Positions 1 to 7,249 of a stretch of DNA of 64,000 bases are shown one piece after another. The notes under the pieces were generated by a model. That model was not told the DNA's origin and did no database searches. It worked only from the letters and a program-made list of their open reading frames with translations. Both the position numbers and the translations under genes were made by a program. Source of the stretch: Candidatus Margulisiibacteriota bacterium (GTDB lineage Bacteria > Margulisbacteria > Termititenacia > CAZZFK01). Numbering within the stretch: position 1 is the first letter of the stretch; every line of letters starts with the position of its first letter. Location of the stretch: contig JBHPMC010000003.1 of NCBI GenBank assembly GCA_042562495.1, positions 20,752-84,751 on the forward strand, read 5' to 3'.

Positions 1-1090
1 GATGTATCTCGTTGGAGCTGATCACGAAATTATTGATCTGGTCCATCCGCGATAAAGTGTAATATTTACCTTTGATCTTGCGGGGGAAAATGGCCATGCC
101 CTTGTTTTTTACCGAATTGCCATGCAAGGGCACGATCTTAAAATGACGAAAATCCTTGGTCTCGATCAAGCGGGGCATGATGGCAACACCGTTAAAAGCG
201 GTATATGTCGCATAATAGGTCACTTGTCCGTCGTCATCGGTAAAACGTACCCATCTGGTATCTTCCAAGCCACGGCTTTCTGTAAAGACCATAGGAAAAA
301 TGACCCTTTCCGAAATGGTAGTTTCCTCGGAAAAAGTGATCTCATAATATGATCTTGCCACCCAAAGTATGGTATCGATCAAGCTCCTTTCCTGTTCGGA
401 AAAATTGCCGGTATTTAAGGTCTCCTCTATACATTTTCGCAAAGAGCCGTAAGTGAATTCAATGGGGCATTTTTCTGTGACCAATTTGGTTGCCCATCCA
501 GGAAGCTCTATTTCTTTTAATTGCTGGAGGAATTCTTCCCTAAGATAGGTATGTTTTTTGATCCGTTCTGGTATTTCTACAAATTTACGGTGAGGAGGGT
601 CCAGCAGAATATCGTTAGCGGCAGTAAGTAATCCGCTGCGGAACACGATAGAAGAAACATGCCCCTCGCCGATGGCCCGAAAACTGAGAATGACCTTCTT
701 TTCGCCTTTTTTTGTACCGCTTTGATCAGGGGCTTCTACGATCGAAGGATTAACGAAGGCCGCGGATTCGATGGAATATTCCATAGTAAAATATATGCCG
801 ATCAAAAGCTTTCTCTGGGGGGTAAGTTCTTTTTGGCCCAGATCGAGAGGGAACTGGCCCCTGACCAGCTGGTAATTTTTCAGCAATAAGCTTTTGAGGT
901 CCCGGTGGCGATGAGCGTATTCTTTTAAGGTATTATTTACCAGAGTATCCACTTCTTTTTCAGAGAAGGACATTATCCTTTTTACTTGAGCAGCGTTCAC
1001 CTCGGGTTCATCAGTAAGTATAAAATAACGAGTGATCACTCGGTCGGAAGAAGAGATCAGGATCGGTTTCCTTTTTACTTCAATAGACAT
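1..1090 (-). CDS. GH130-like glycosidase/phosphorylase (PH1107-related); N-terminal part, C-terminus runs off the window
   Basis: Absent from the ORF track because it has no stop in the window. Hand translation of the minus strand from ATG 1090..1088 (MSIEVKRKPILISSSDRVITRYF...) stays open to the window edge. The distal part reads ERVIFPMVFTESRGLEDTRWVRFTDDDGQVTYYATYTAFNGVAIMPRLIETKDFRHFKIVPLHGNSVKNKGMAIFPRKIKGKYY, which is the GH130/DUF377 propeller-core pattern. Confidence 0.7.
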   Translation of the reverse strand, partial: MSIEVKRKPILISSSDRVITRYFILTDEPEVNAAQVKRIMSFSEKEVDTLVNNTLKEYAHRHRDLKSLLLKNYQLVRGQFPLDLGQKELTPQRKLLIGIYFTMEYSIESAAFVNPSIVEAPDQSGTKKGEKKVILSFRAIGEGHVSSIVFRSGLLTAANDILLDPPHRKFVEIPERIKKHTYLREEFLQQLKEIELPGWATKLVTEKCPIEFTYGSLRKCIEETLNTGNFSEQERSLIDTILWVARSYYEITFSEETTISERVIFPMVFTESRGLEDTRWVRFTDDDGQVTYYATYTAFNGVAIMPRLIETKDFRHFKIVPLHGNSVKNKGMAIFPRKIKGKYYTLSRMDQINNFVISSNEIH

Positions 1091-1122
1091 TATTTCTGAT
1101 CATTTCCCCTCGAATTTGAATA

Positions 1123-2289
1123 TCATTCTCTTAGCTCTGCAAAGAACGGTGTCTGTTTTTGTTCCACACAGGCTGCAGCATAGAGATACATTGCCGCCGA
1201 CCAGGTCTGCCAGTCTTCACCTTTAGGTTTTCCGTCCTGTGCTTTGATCCATTCATTAAAACCATACTCCACTTTCTGCTCATGTACAGGTTTGACCAAT
1301 TTTGTCAGTTCGATCAATTTTCTTTCAGCGAGCTCCTGTTCACCCGCGGCAACTATTGCAGCTACATAAAATCCGCACACAAAGGGCCAGATCCCTCCGT
1401 TATGATATTCTCCGGGCTGATTGTATTCAGTATAGCGTGCCCGCCAATCCGGTTCCCCTGGCTGAATGTATGGAAAAAAGTTTGGCGGCAGATCTACCCC
1501 AAGTTCACCGTTCTCTTTCATGGCTGCACATTCCGCTTCCACCCAATGCACGATCTCTTTGGCTCTTTTGGTAGGCGTTAATCCAGAAAGGATGGCCAAG
1601 CTATTGCCGAGCAGATCGAAACGTTCACTATTATGTACCTTGTAGGACCAGAAAGCATAATATGGCTTGTTCTCTAGGGCCAGACCTTCATGAACATGTC
1701 TTTGCTGGCGGCTTTCTCTGACAGTGAAGCGCCCCATCAGATCTTTTAAAAGGCCCGCCTGCCCGTGCTTTCCGTATAATTGCAGATAGGTATAGACCAG
1801 GGTATTTACAAAGAGACCGAAACCGATGACCCATAGTTCATCACGCCAGTCACTGGTGGGCAATTGGCCTACTATCACCCGGTCAGCGGGACTGCGGTAT
1901 TCCATCCAGGTCAATGCTTTTTGAATGGCTTCTTCCAGAAAATCCTTCTCTCCTGAGATCTGACGATAAAAAGCGGCAGCGATCAGAAAGAGCGGGGTAG
2001 AATCACTTGAACCACGGTCCTCCGGATCGTTGACCAAGGACGGAATGTGGCCGAGCCGGGTCTGGTTGACCGCCGCTGTTTCCAGAACTCGTTTGACCAT
2101 CTCAATTAGCTTTTTATCTCCGCTTGCAAAAATACCCAAGGAAGAGATCATCCAATCCCGAGTATAGGCCTCCGGATAGGCCCAGCCGGCCGTGCGCGGC
2201 AGACCGTCACTGAACGGACCTTTGACATTATGATACAGAACTTCCAAAGCAGCTTTTTTAGCTTTTTCGATCAATGTTTTTTCTTTCAT
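1123..2289 (-). CDS. (alpha/alpha)6-barrel glycoside hydrolase, GH100 neutral-invertase / amylo-alpha-1,6-glucosidase (GDE_C)-like
   Basis: 388-aa ORF. Motifs YTRDWMISSLG, LLGNSLAILSGL and EYHNGGIWPFVCGFY resemble the signatures shared by GDE_C and GH100. It lies 32 nt upstream of the GH130-like gene on the same strand. Confidence 0.65.
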   Translation of the reverse strand: MKEKTLIEKAKKAALEVLYHNVKGPFSDGLPRTAGWAYPEAYTRDWMISSLGIFASGDKKLIEMVKRVLETAAVNQTRLGHIPSLVNDPEDRGSSDSTPLFLIAAAFYRQISGEKDFLEEAIQKALTWMEYRSPADRVIVGQLPTSDWRDELWVIGFGLFVNTLVYTYLQLYGKHGQAGLLKDLMGRFTVRESRQQRHVHEGLALENKPYYAFWSYKVHNSERFDLLGNSLAILSGLTPTKRAKEIVHWVEAECAAMKENGELGVDLPPNFFPYIQPGEPDWRARYTEYNQPGEYHNGGIWPFVCGFYVAAIVAAGEQELAERKLIELTKLVKPVHEQKVEYGFNEWIKAQDGKPKGEDWQTWSAAMYLYAAACVEQKQTPFFAELRE

Positions 2290-2291
2290 AA

Positions 2292-3434
2292 TTAATTGAC
2301 CCCTAGCTTTTCTGAGACTAATTTTACAAAACGTTCCGCTACTTTGCGATAGCTAAAATTTTCCATAATATACTCTCGGCCAGCCTGGCCCATTTCTTGT
2401 CTTAATTTTTCATCTTTCATTAATTTTAATAAATGATCAGCAATATCATATACACTGGCACGATAATCTACTAAGCGGGGAGTAGGGAAAACCATCTTTT
2501 GCTTATGAACAATACCTGAATCAACCACTAAAGAAGCTTCCCTGATATAATTTTCTTGAGCTACATCAGCAAGCAAAGCTGTTTTTTCATGAATTAAGGT
2601 ATCAAGCATGGCCATAGCCCTGATCCCAATTACAGGTTTACCGCAGGCACTGGCTTCAACCTGGATCATACCGAAGCCTTCAATTCTGGAAGGCGCAGCA
2701 TAGATATCACAGGCATTTATAAGAAAAGGCATGTAATTCCTCGAGGTCTTCCCGGTAGTGTAAAGGATACTGTTCTTCAACCCTAATTGATTAGCCAAGA
2801 TCAGGTCCTCAGCAGTTTGTTTTTCAGTACGCTTTGAAGGATATACTTTACAGATGTATTTCCATTTCGGGGCATCAGGATTGATCAACGCCAAAGCCTG
2901 CATTACTTCCTGTGCGCCTTTGGATGCAGCATCACCACCTGCGGTCAGGATCATTAGCTCATCGCTTGCTACTCCCAAGGCATCTCTCACTCCTTTTACT
3001 TTTGGATCATCTTTTTCTTTTGGAGAAAAACTTTCAGTATCACAACCTACTGGTAGAACAATGATGTTTTTGCCATCAATGCCATCGCGTACATAAACTT
3101 CCTTTACCCAGTTAGAAGTCACCAAGATCAAGGGAAGAGAATTTAATATCTCCTGATAACTTGCAATATAACCATCTGCTACCAGCCAGGGAACTGCCAA
3201 TATCCCGTGCTGCTGCGGGTGCAATACCAGGGACGGAATATCACCCCAATAACCAATACCAATTACGACATCAGGTTTAAACCAATGGTAATACCATTCT
3301 TTTTCTTGAGAAGAAGTATGATTGCACGGGAAGGCCTCTACTCCAATTTCTCTCAATCCACGATAAAGCAGATCACCTTGAGTAGATAATCCTTCAGGTG
3401 TCGGTGGATAATCATACAATACTAATACTTTCAT
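2292..3434 (-). CDS. Glycosyltransferase family 4 (GT-B, group 1)
   Basis: 380-aa ORF with the motif RIEGFGMIQVEASACGKPVIG. Its start overlaps the stop of the upstream PIG-L gene (ATGA at 3431..3434). Confidence 0.85.
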   Translation of the reverse strand: MKVLVLYDYPPTPEGLSTQGDLLYRGLREIGVEAFPCNHTSSQEKEWYYHWFKPDVVIGIGYWGDIPSLVLHPQQHGILAVPWLVADGYIASYQEILNSLPLILVTSNWVKEVYVRDGIDGKNIIVLPVGCDTESFSPKEKDDPKVKGVRDALGVASDELMILTAGGDAASKGAQEVMQALALINPDAPKWKYICKVYPSKRTEKQTAEDLILANQLGLKNSILYTTGKTSRNYMPFLINACDIYAAPSRIEGFGMIQVEASACGKPVIGIRAMAMLDTLIHEKTALLADVAQENYIREASLVVDSGIVHKQKMVFPTPRLVDYRASVYDIADHLLKLMKDEKLRQEMGQAGREYIMENFSYRKVAERFVKLVSEKLGVN

Positions 3435-4087
3435 TTTATTCTCCTTTTCATAAGTTTTTTAATTTTACTTGGCTCATTAAAACGCCAGAACGCTTCAACA
3501 CGAGGTGTAACTTTCCCTTCAAAGCTTTCTGGTAAAAAGTTGTATACTCCGGTAATGATCCGATATTTTTCATCCCAGGTGTATTTATCCAAAAGATCCA
3601 AATGATCTGCATCTCTGATTGCTCGGGGCAGATATTTTTTATTACCGTCCTCGTAGGCGAACATCCATAATTTTCCTATTTGCAGTTCTTTTTCGTTCCA
3701 AAGAGCCTGCACTGCCCGCCCCACCTCTTCATGCCTCAAATGCTTGGTGTATTCTCCATTGATACTATGTGTTAATACCAGATCATATTCTCGGCGAGAT
3801 AGCAGAGCAAGAATGGTATTTTTCAGTTGTTTGACATTGAGAGGTTTTTGCTCCGGCCCATCATCCAGGTCCCCCATCTTACCGATAGCCTGGTAACACT
3901 TTAGCGCTTGAAAAAAACGGGGTGCGCGGTCTGGATCGTTTTTCCTGCAGATAGTTATGATCTCCCAGTTATAATCAGAGCCATTTAGGATCATACCTCC
4001 GCACCAGAGCGTCTCATCATCAGGATGCGCTACTATCACTGCGGCATTTTTTAATTTTTGTTTAATATTTTTATTCCAAAAACTCAT
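3431..4087 (-). CDS. PIG-L/LmbE family N-acetylglucosaminyl deacetylase
   Basis: VIVAHPDDETLWCGG zinc-site motif near the N-terminus. I prefer ATG 4087 (MSFWNKN...) to the track start at 4132, which would overlap the upstream gene by 62 nt. Confidence 0.8.
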   Translation of the reverse strand: MSFWNKNIKQKLKNAAVIVAHPDDETLWCGGMILNGSDYNWEIITICRKNDPDRAPRFFQALKCYQAIGKMGDLDDGPEQKPLNVKQLKNTILALLSRREYDLVLTHSINGEYTKHLRHEEVGRAVQALWNEKELQIGKLWMFAYEDGNKKYLPRAIRDADHLDLLDKYTWDEKYRIITGVYNFLPESFEGKVTPRVEAFWRFNEPSKIKKLMKRRIK

Positions 4088-5081
4088 TTCCGATCTTCCT
4101 TGCTCGTGCTGGTTTATCCAGATCGATCCCATTTCTCAAGCCGATCTCCACTAAAAGGTTCCAACCAACAATTAATTCCAGGTAAGGATTAAAATCGCCG
4201 AATTCTGGGATTATTATTGTTGGGAAAATTGTTTGTTTAGTAGCAATAGCAAATACAGAAAGCCCAATTCCTTTTTGCAGCACCTCCTTGAATTTTTCTT
4301 CTTCCTGGTGATAAGGGTCAATTATGATCGCCACTTCGTTCTTCTGCATGACTTCTTCAATGCCATGGACCGCATAGGTCCCTTCCAAATATTCTGATTT
4401 TTTCCGGGCGATCTCATTGGCCTTTAAAGCTAATTCTTCTGCTACACCGTTGTTGCGGCCAGAAAAATATATGATCTCGGCAGCAGCCACAGTGCTGATT
4501 ATTTCCTCAGGGATCTTCATTGCCAACACTTTTTCTATCAACTCGCCAAGTTTGATAAAGTCGGGTAAATAATGATCATTTTTTTTGCGAAAAAGAATAT
4601 CATAGAACAAGGCCTGTTCAATGACAGATTTTGTGGAAGCTACGGCATGTTCAGGGCCGCAGCTCAAGATATGACCATGATTACTTTTATTTAGCACAGG
4701 AGTATCGGGATTAGCAACAACACCCAGGATATTATTATGATCTTTACCTTTTAAATCATGGATCAATCTAATGCATTCCTTGGTTTTTCCGGAGTTTGAA
4801 GTAACAAATACAGTATAGTCAGTGAGGTCATATTCCAGAGCTTGAGTGGCATTTTCAGTGACAAAGTGTTCTGCATAATTATCCCTTAGGGCATCATAGA
4901 TCAACTTTTTTGCCGGGAAGATCCGGGAAGAGCCTTCTCCAGTGAGGAATATTTTATTTTTTTCGATATATGGTAAAAAGGAAGCAATAGAATTGACAGC
5001 GGTCTTCTTCACTAAAGCTGTTGTTTCCAGCATGTCCTGGATCAGTGAAAATTCTTTATATTTATTTTCCTTAAGGTTCAT
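4071..5081 (-). CDS. Double-SIS-domain sugar phosphate isomerase/aminotransferase-like protein (GlmS C-terminal / AgaS / FrlB-like)
   Basis: 336-aa ORF with SIS motifs FLTGEGSSRIFPAKK and VFVTSNSGKTKE. First gene of the minus-strand glycan operon. Confidence 0.7.
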   Translation of the reverse strand: MNLKENKYKEFSLIQDMLETTALVKKTAVNSIASFLPYIEKNKIFLTGEGSSRIFPAKKLIYDALRDNYAEHFVTENATQALEYDLTDYTVFVTSNSGKTKECIRLIHDLKGKDHNNILGVVANPDTPVLNKSNHGHILSCGPEHAVASTKSVIEQALFYDILFRKKNDHYLPDFIKLGELIEKVLAMKIPEEIISTVAAAEIIYFSGRNNGVAEELALKANEIARKKSEYLEGTYAVHGIEEVMQKNEVAIIIDPYHQEEEKFKEVLQKGIGLSVFAIATKQTIFPTIIIPEFGDFNPYLELIVGWNLLVEIGLRNGIDLDKPARARKIGNEFLE

Positions 5082-5153
5082 AATATTTTCTTGTTATCCC
5101 AGAAAATATGGCTATTTTAAAAGCGTAAGAAATAAATGTTTTATTGTATAAAA

Positions 5154-5402
5154 TTAAAATTCACTATCCATACTTTCTGGTTCACTTCCTCCTTCTTCTG
5201 AACCATACTCGCTTTCCGCTGTTGAGCCTTCAGGCTCAGCATAGGTGCTTTCTTCGTATTTCAGGGTATCTCCGGAGTCATTTAGGGATTCCTCTTCTAC
5301 AGTCTCCATAACAGGTTGTTTGCGCTCCACTTTTTCTCCTGCGCTGAAAGCTACTCCAGCAAGTAATGCTATGATCACTATGGTGGTAATAAATTTGTTC
5401 AT
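5154..5402 (-). CDS. Small exported, highly acidic (Glu/Ser/Asp-rich) protein, unknown function
   Basis: 82 aa. Has an N-terminal hydrophobic signal/anchor (MNKFITTIVIIALLAGVAFSA) followed by a tail rich in E/D/S. Its start overlaps the arsR-family stop (ATGA at 5399..5402). Confidence 0.5.
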   Translation of the reverse strand: MNKFITTIVIIALLAGVAFSAGEKVERKQPVMETVEEESLNDSGDTLKYEESTYAEPEGSTAESEYGSEEGGSEPESMDSEF

Positions 5403-5779
5403 TTTTTCTTTTTCACCCCTTGTTCTATTTTAGCCTGCTCTATTTTTGCCAGTTTTTTCAGATCGTTCTTACATTCTTCTGTAACTGACAAACTTCTTAT
5501 GATGGAGCTGATCATATCCTGGTAGAATACATTCCTGGGTTTGGTCAAATGATAATAGATAAATTGTCCTTGTCTTATATCCGAAGCCAATCCCATTAAT
5601 CTCAATTGTGTTAAATGTTTGGAGATATTTGACTGTGTAGTGCCTAATAGCTGCCGCAGCTCGGCAACATTTAATCTTTGATGATGCAATAAATATAAGA
5701 TCCTTAACCGATTACCTTCAGCAAAGGCCTTTAAGAACCGCCTTACTTTTCTTAATTCATCCATAGAAGTGATGAGCAT
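5399..5779 (-). CDS. ArsR/SmtB family transcriptional regulator
   Basis: Winged-HTH region NRLRILYLLHHQRLNVAELRQLLGTTQSNISKHLTQLRLMGLA. Confidence 0.85.
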   Translation of the reverse strand: MLITSMDELRKVRRFLKAFAEGNRLRILYLLHHQRLNVAELRQLLGTTQSNISKHLTQLRLMGLASDIRQGQFIYYHLTKPRNVFYQDMISSIIRSLSVTEECKNDLKKLAKIEQAKIEQGVKKKK

Positions 5780-5933
5780 ATTACCATATGTTCATGTGTT
5801 TATACAATAAATTTGTTATTAATAGAGATCAGATAGCAAAACACTCTTTTTAGAGAGAGCTTGATTTTGGAGCTATCCTGTGTGGCTGGGGGAAGCCTCT
5901 TAAGGTGGGAAGCCCTGGCGTTAATTAAACTTC

Positions 5934-6010
5934 TGGCGGGGCCGACGAGACTCGAACTCGCGACCTCCTGCGTGACAGGCAGGCGTTCTAACCAACTGAA
6001 CTACGGCCCC
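5934..6010 (-). tRNA. tRNA-Asp (anticodon GTC), CCA encoded
   Basis: The reverse complement folds by hand as GGGGCCG-TA-GTTC-AGTTGGTTA-GAAC-G-CCTGC-CTGTCAC-GCAGG-AGGTC-GCGAG-TTCGAGT-CTCGT-CGGCCCC-G-CCA (77 nt). The cloverleaf is canonical with a GTC anticodon. Confidence 0.9.
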
Positions 6011-6057
6011 GTATTGGACAGCCAGTATAACAACGGCGGTTTTTTCAGTCAAACAAA

Positions 6058-6708
6058 TTATTGTTTTTGAAAAATAACAATGTTTTTTTCTTGGGATATA
6101 ATGTCAAGAGCAAAGCTTGTAGATATCCAATTAAAAACCTCTTTTTTATAGAAACAAACATGGGTGGGATCTTGAGCGTAGTGCCAATCTGCAAAATCTG
6201 AGTCATTGCCCATAATTTTTGTCATAACACCCAGAATGCCACCTGGGTTGAGCAGATCTTTTAAGAGCTTAAATTCCTTGTGTGGTTCGTACATATGCTC
6301 AGCCACTTCTGAACAGCTTATAAAATCATATGTTTCTTTTAGCAAACTATTATCAGGTTCATAGATAGGGTCATAATGTTTGGTTGGAAAGCCTTGTTCA
6401 TTGAACATTAAAGAAAGAGTAGGGCCGGGGCCGCTGCCAAAATCCAGGCCTTTGGCGCCGGGTTTTAAGTGCTTTAGCATCGGTTGTCTCAATCTATTCA
6501 AAAAATTGCGATACTTTTTATCTTGTGGATCATTGTTGTGGGTGTCGTAGCGTTTTTTTTCTTCTTCAGGCGTAAGTCTTTGAGCCCTATCTAGAAAAGT
6601 TAAACTACAAGTGTTACAGCGAAAAAACTTTCTATTGTTTTTTGCAGTATGAAACAGCTTAATTTCTTGACCTTCACAAAGTGGGCAGGTACTATTCATG
6701 TCAGTCAT
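6058..6708 (-). CDS. Class I SAM-dependent methyltransferase with N-terminal zinc ribbon
   Basis: CPLCEG...CNTC zinc-ribbon cysteines and SAM motif I GLDFGSGPGP. The start is probably MTDMNST (6708), because the track start at 6744 overlaps the divergent yjbQ gene. Confidence 0.7.
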   Translation of the reverse strand: MTDMNSTCPLCEGQEIKLFHTAKNNRKFFRCNTCSLTFLDRAQRLTPEEEKKRYDTHNNDPQDKKYRNFLNRLRQPMLKHLKPGAKGLDFGSGPGPTLSLMFNEQGFPTKHYDPIYEPDNSLLKETYDFISCSEVAEHMYEPHKEFKLLKDLLNPGGILGVMTKIMGNDSDFADWHYAQDPTHVCFYKKEVFNWISTSFALDIISQEKNIVIFQKQ

Positions 6709-6728
6709 TATAGTAGAAAGGCCTCGAT

Positions 6729-7124
6729 ATGAAAAAACTTTCAATTAAGACCAAACAGCGTTCGGAGATCATTGATATAACAGCGCAAGTGAAAGAATAT
6801 ATAGCTGAAGAAAAAATGAAGTCGGGAATTGTCATGGTTTTTTCTCCGCATACCACCGCCGGCATCACCGTGAACGAGAACGCCGATCCGGATGTTAAGC
6901 GGGATATACTGGCACACTTAAAAGAAATGGTCCCTCAGGAAGGTGCTTTTGAACACGCCGAAGGCAATTCGGATGCGCATATTAAAGGAAGTTTAATGAA
7001 TTTTTCGCAGACCTTTATAGTCGAGAACGGTCAATTGCAACTAGGAACTTGGCAGGGGATCTACTTTGTTGAATTCGATGGGCCCCGTAATAGGAATGTG
7101 TGGCTTAAGATAATTGGATCATGA
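6729..7124 (+). CDS. yjbQ: YjbQ/UPF0047 family protein (secondary thiamine-phosphate synthase family)
   Basis: 131 aa. Motifs SPHTTAGITVNENADPDV, GNSDAHIKGSLMN and LGTWQGIYFVEFDGPR are typical of the family. Confidence 0.85.
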   Translation: MKKLSIKTKQRSEIIDITAQVKEYIAEEKMKSGIVMVFSPHTTAGITVNENADPDVKRDILAHLKEMVPQEGAFEHAEGNSDAHIKGSLMNFSQTFIVENGQLQLGTWQGIYFVEFDGPRNRNVWLKIIGS

Positions 7125-7165
7125 TTTATTTTATGCTTGCCCGCCGAAGCTTTGGCGTAGGAGGG

Positions 7166-7219
7166 GAGTTTGATGGACCGCGGCAGAGACAAGTCTGGTT
7201 AAAGATCATTCCACAATAA
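7166..7219 (+). pseudogene. Relic second copy of the yjbQ 3' end (17 codons plus stop), out of frame with the gene
   Basis: 7166..7219 translates to EFDGPRQRQVWLKIIPQ*, against the true gene tail at 7071..7124, EFDGPRNRNVWLKIIGS*. Hand alignment of the last 51 nt (from FDG on) gives 33/51 identities, with mismatches mostly at third codon positions. Confidence 0.5.
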
Positions 7220-7249
7220 AATTCCTAGTGTTAAAATAGCGTCATAATT

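Noticed and set aside
122-1226. Plus-strand track ORFs 122..352, 659..889 and 1032..1226.
   Set aside because: They lie antisense to the convincingly homologous GH130-like partial gene, which is open on the minus strand from 1090 to the window edge.
5780-5830. Imperfect AT-rich dyad ATACAATAAATTTGTTAT upstream of the ArsR gene considered as its operator.
   Set aside because: The arms are short and imperfect in a very AT-rich region, so it cannot be distinguished from chance without comparative data.
5934-6010. tRNA-Asp considered as an integration hotspot for an island.
   Set aside because: There is no partial tRNA duplicate, integrase or compositional break on either side.
5861-6070. 69-aa plus-strand ORF.
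   Set aside because: It overlaps the tRNA-Asp gene on the opposite strand and is a spurious reading.
7133-7219. 28-aa ORF MLARRSFGVEGEFDGPRQRQVWLKIIPQ considered as a real small gene.
   Set aside because: Its C-terminal 17 aa are a copy of the yjbQ tail and its N-terminal part reads through a GC-rich palindromic element, so it is better explained as a gene-end relic.
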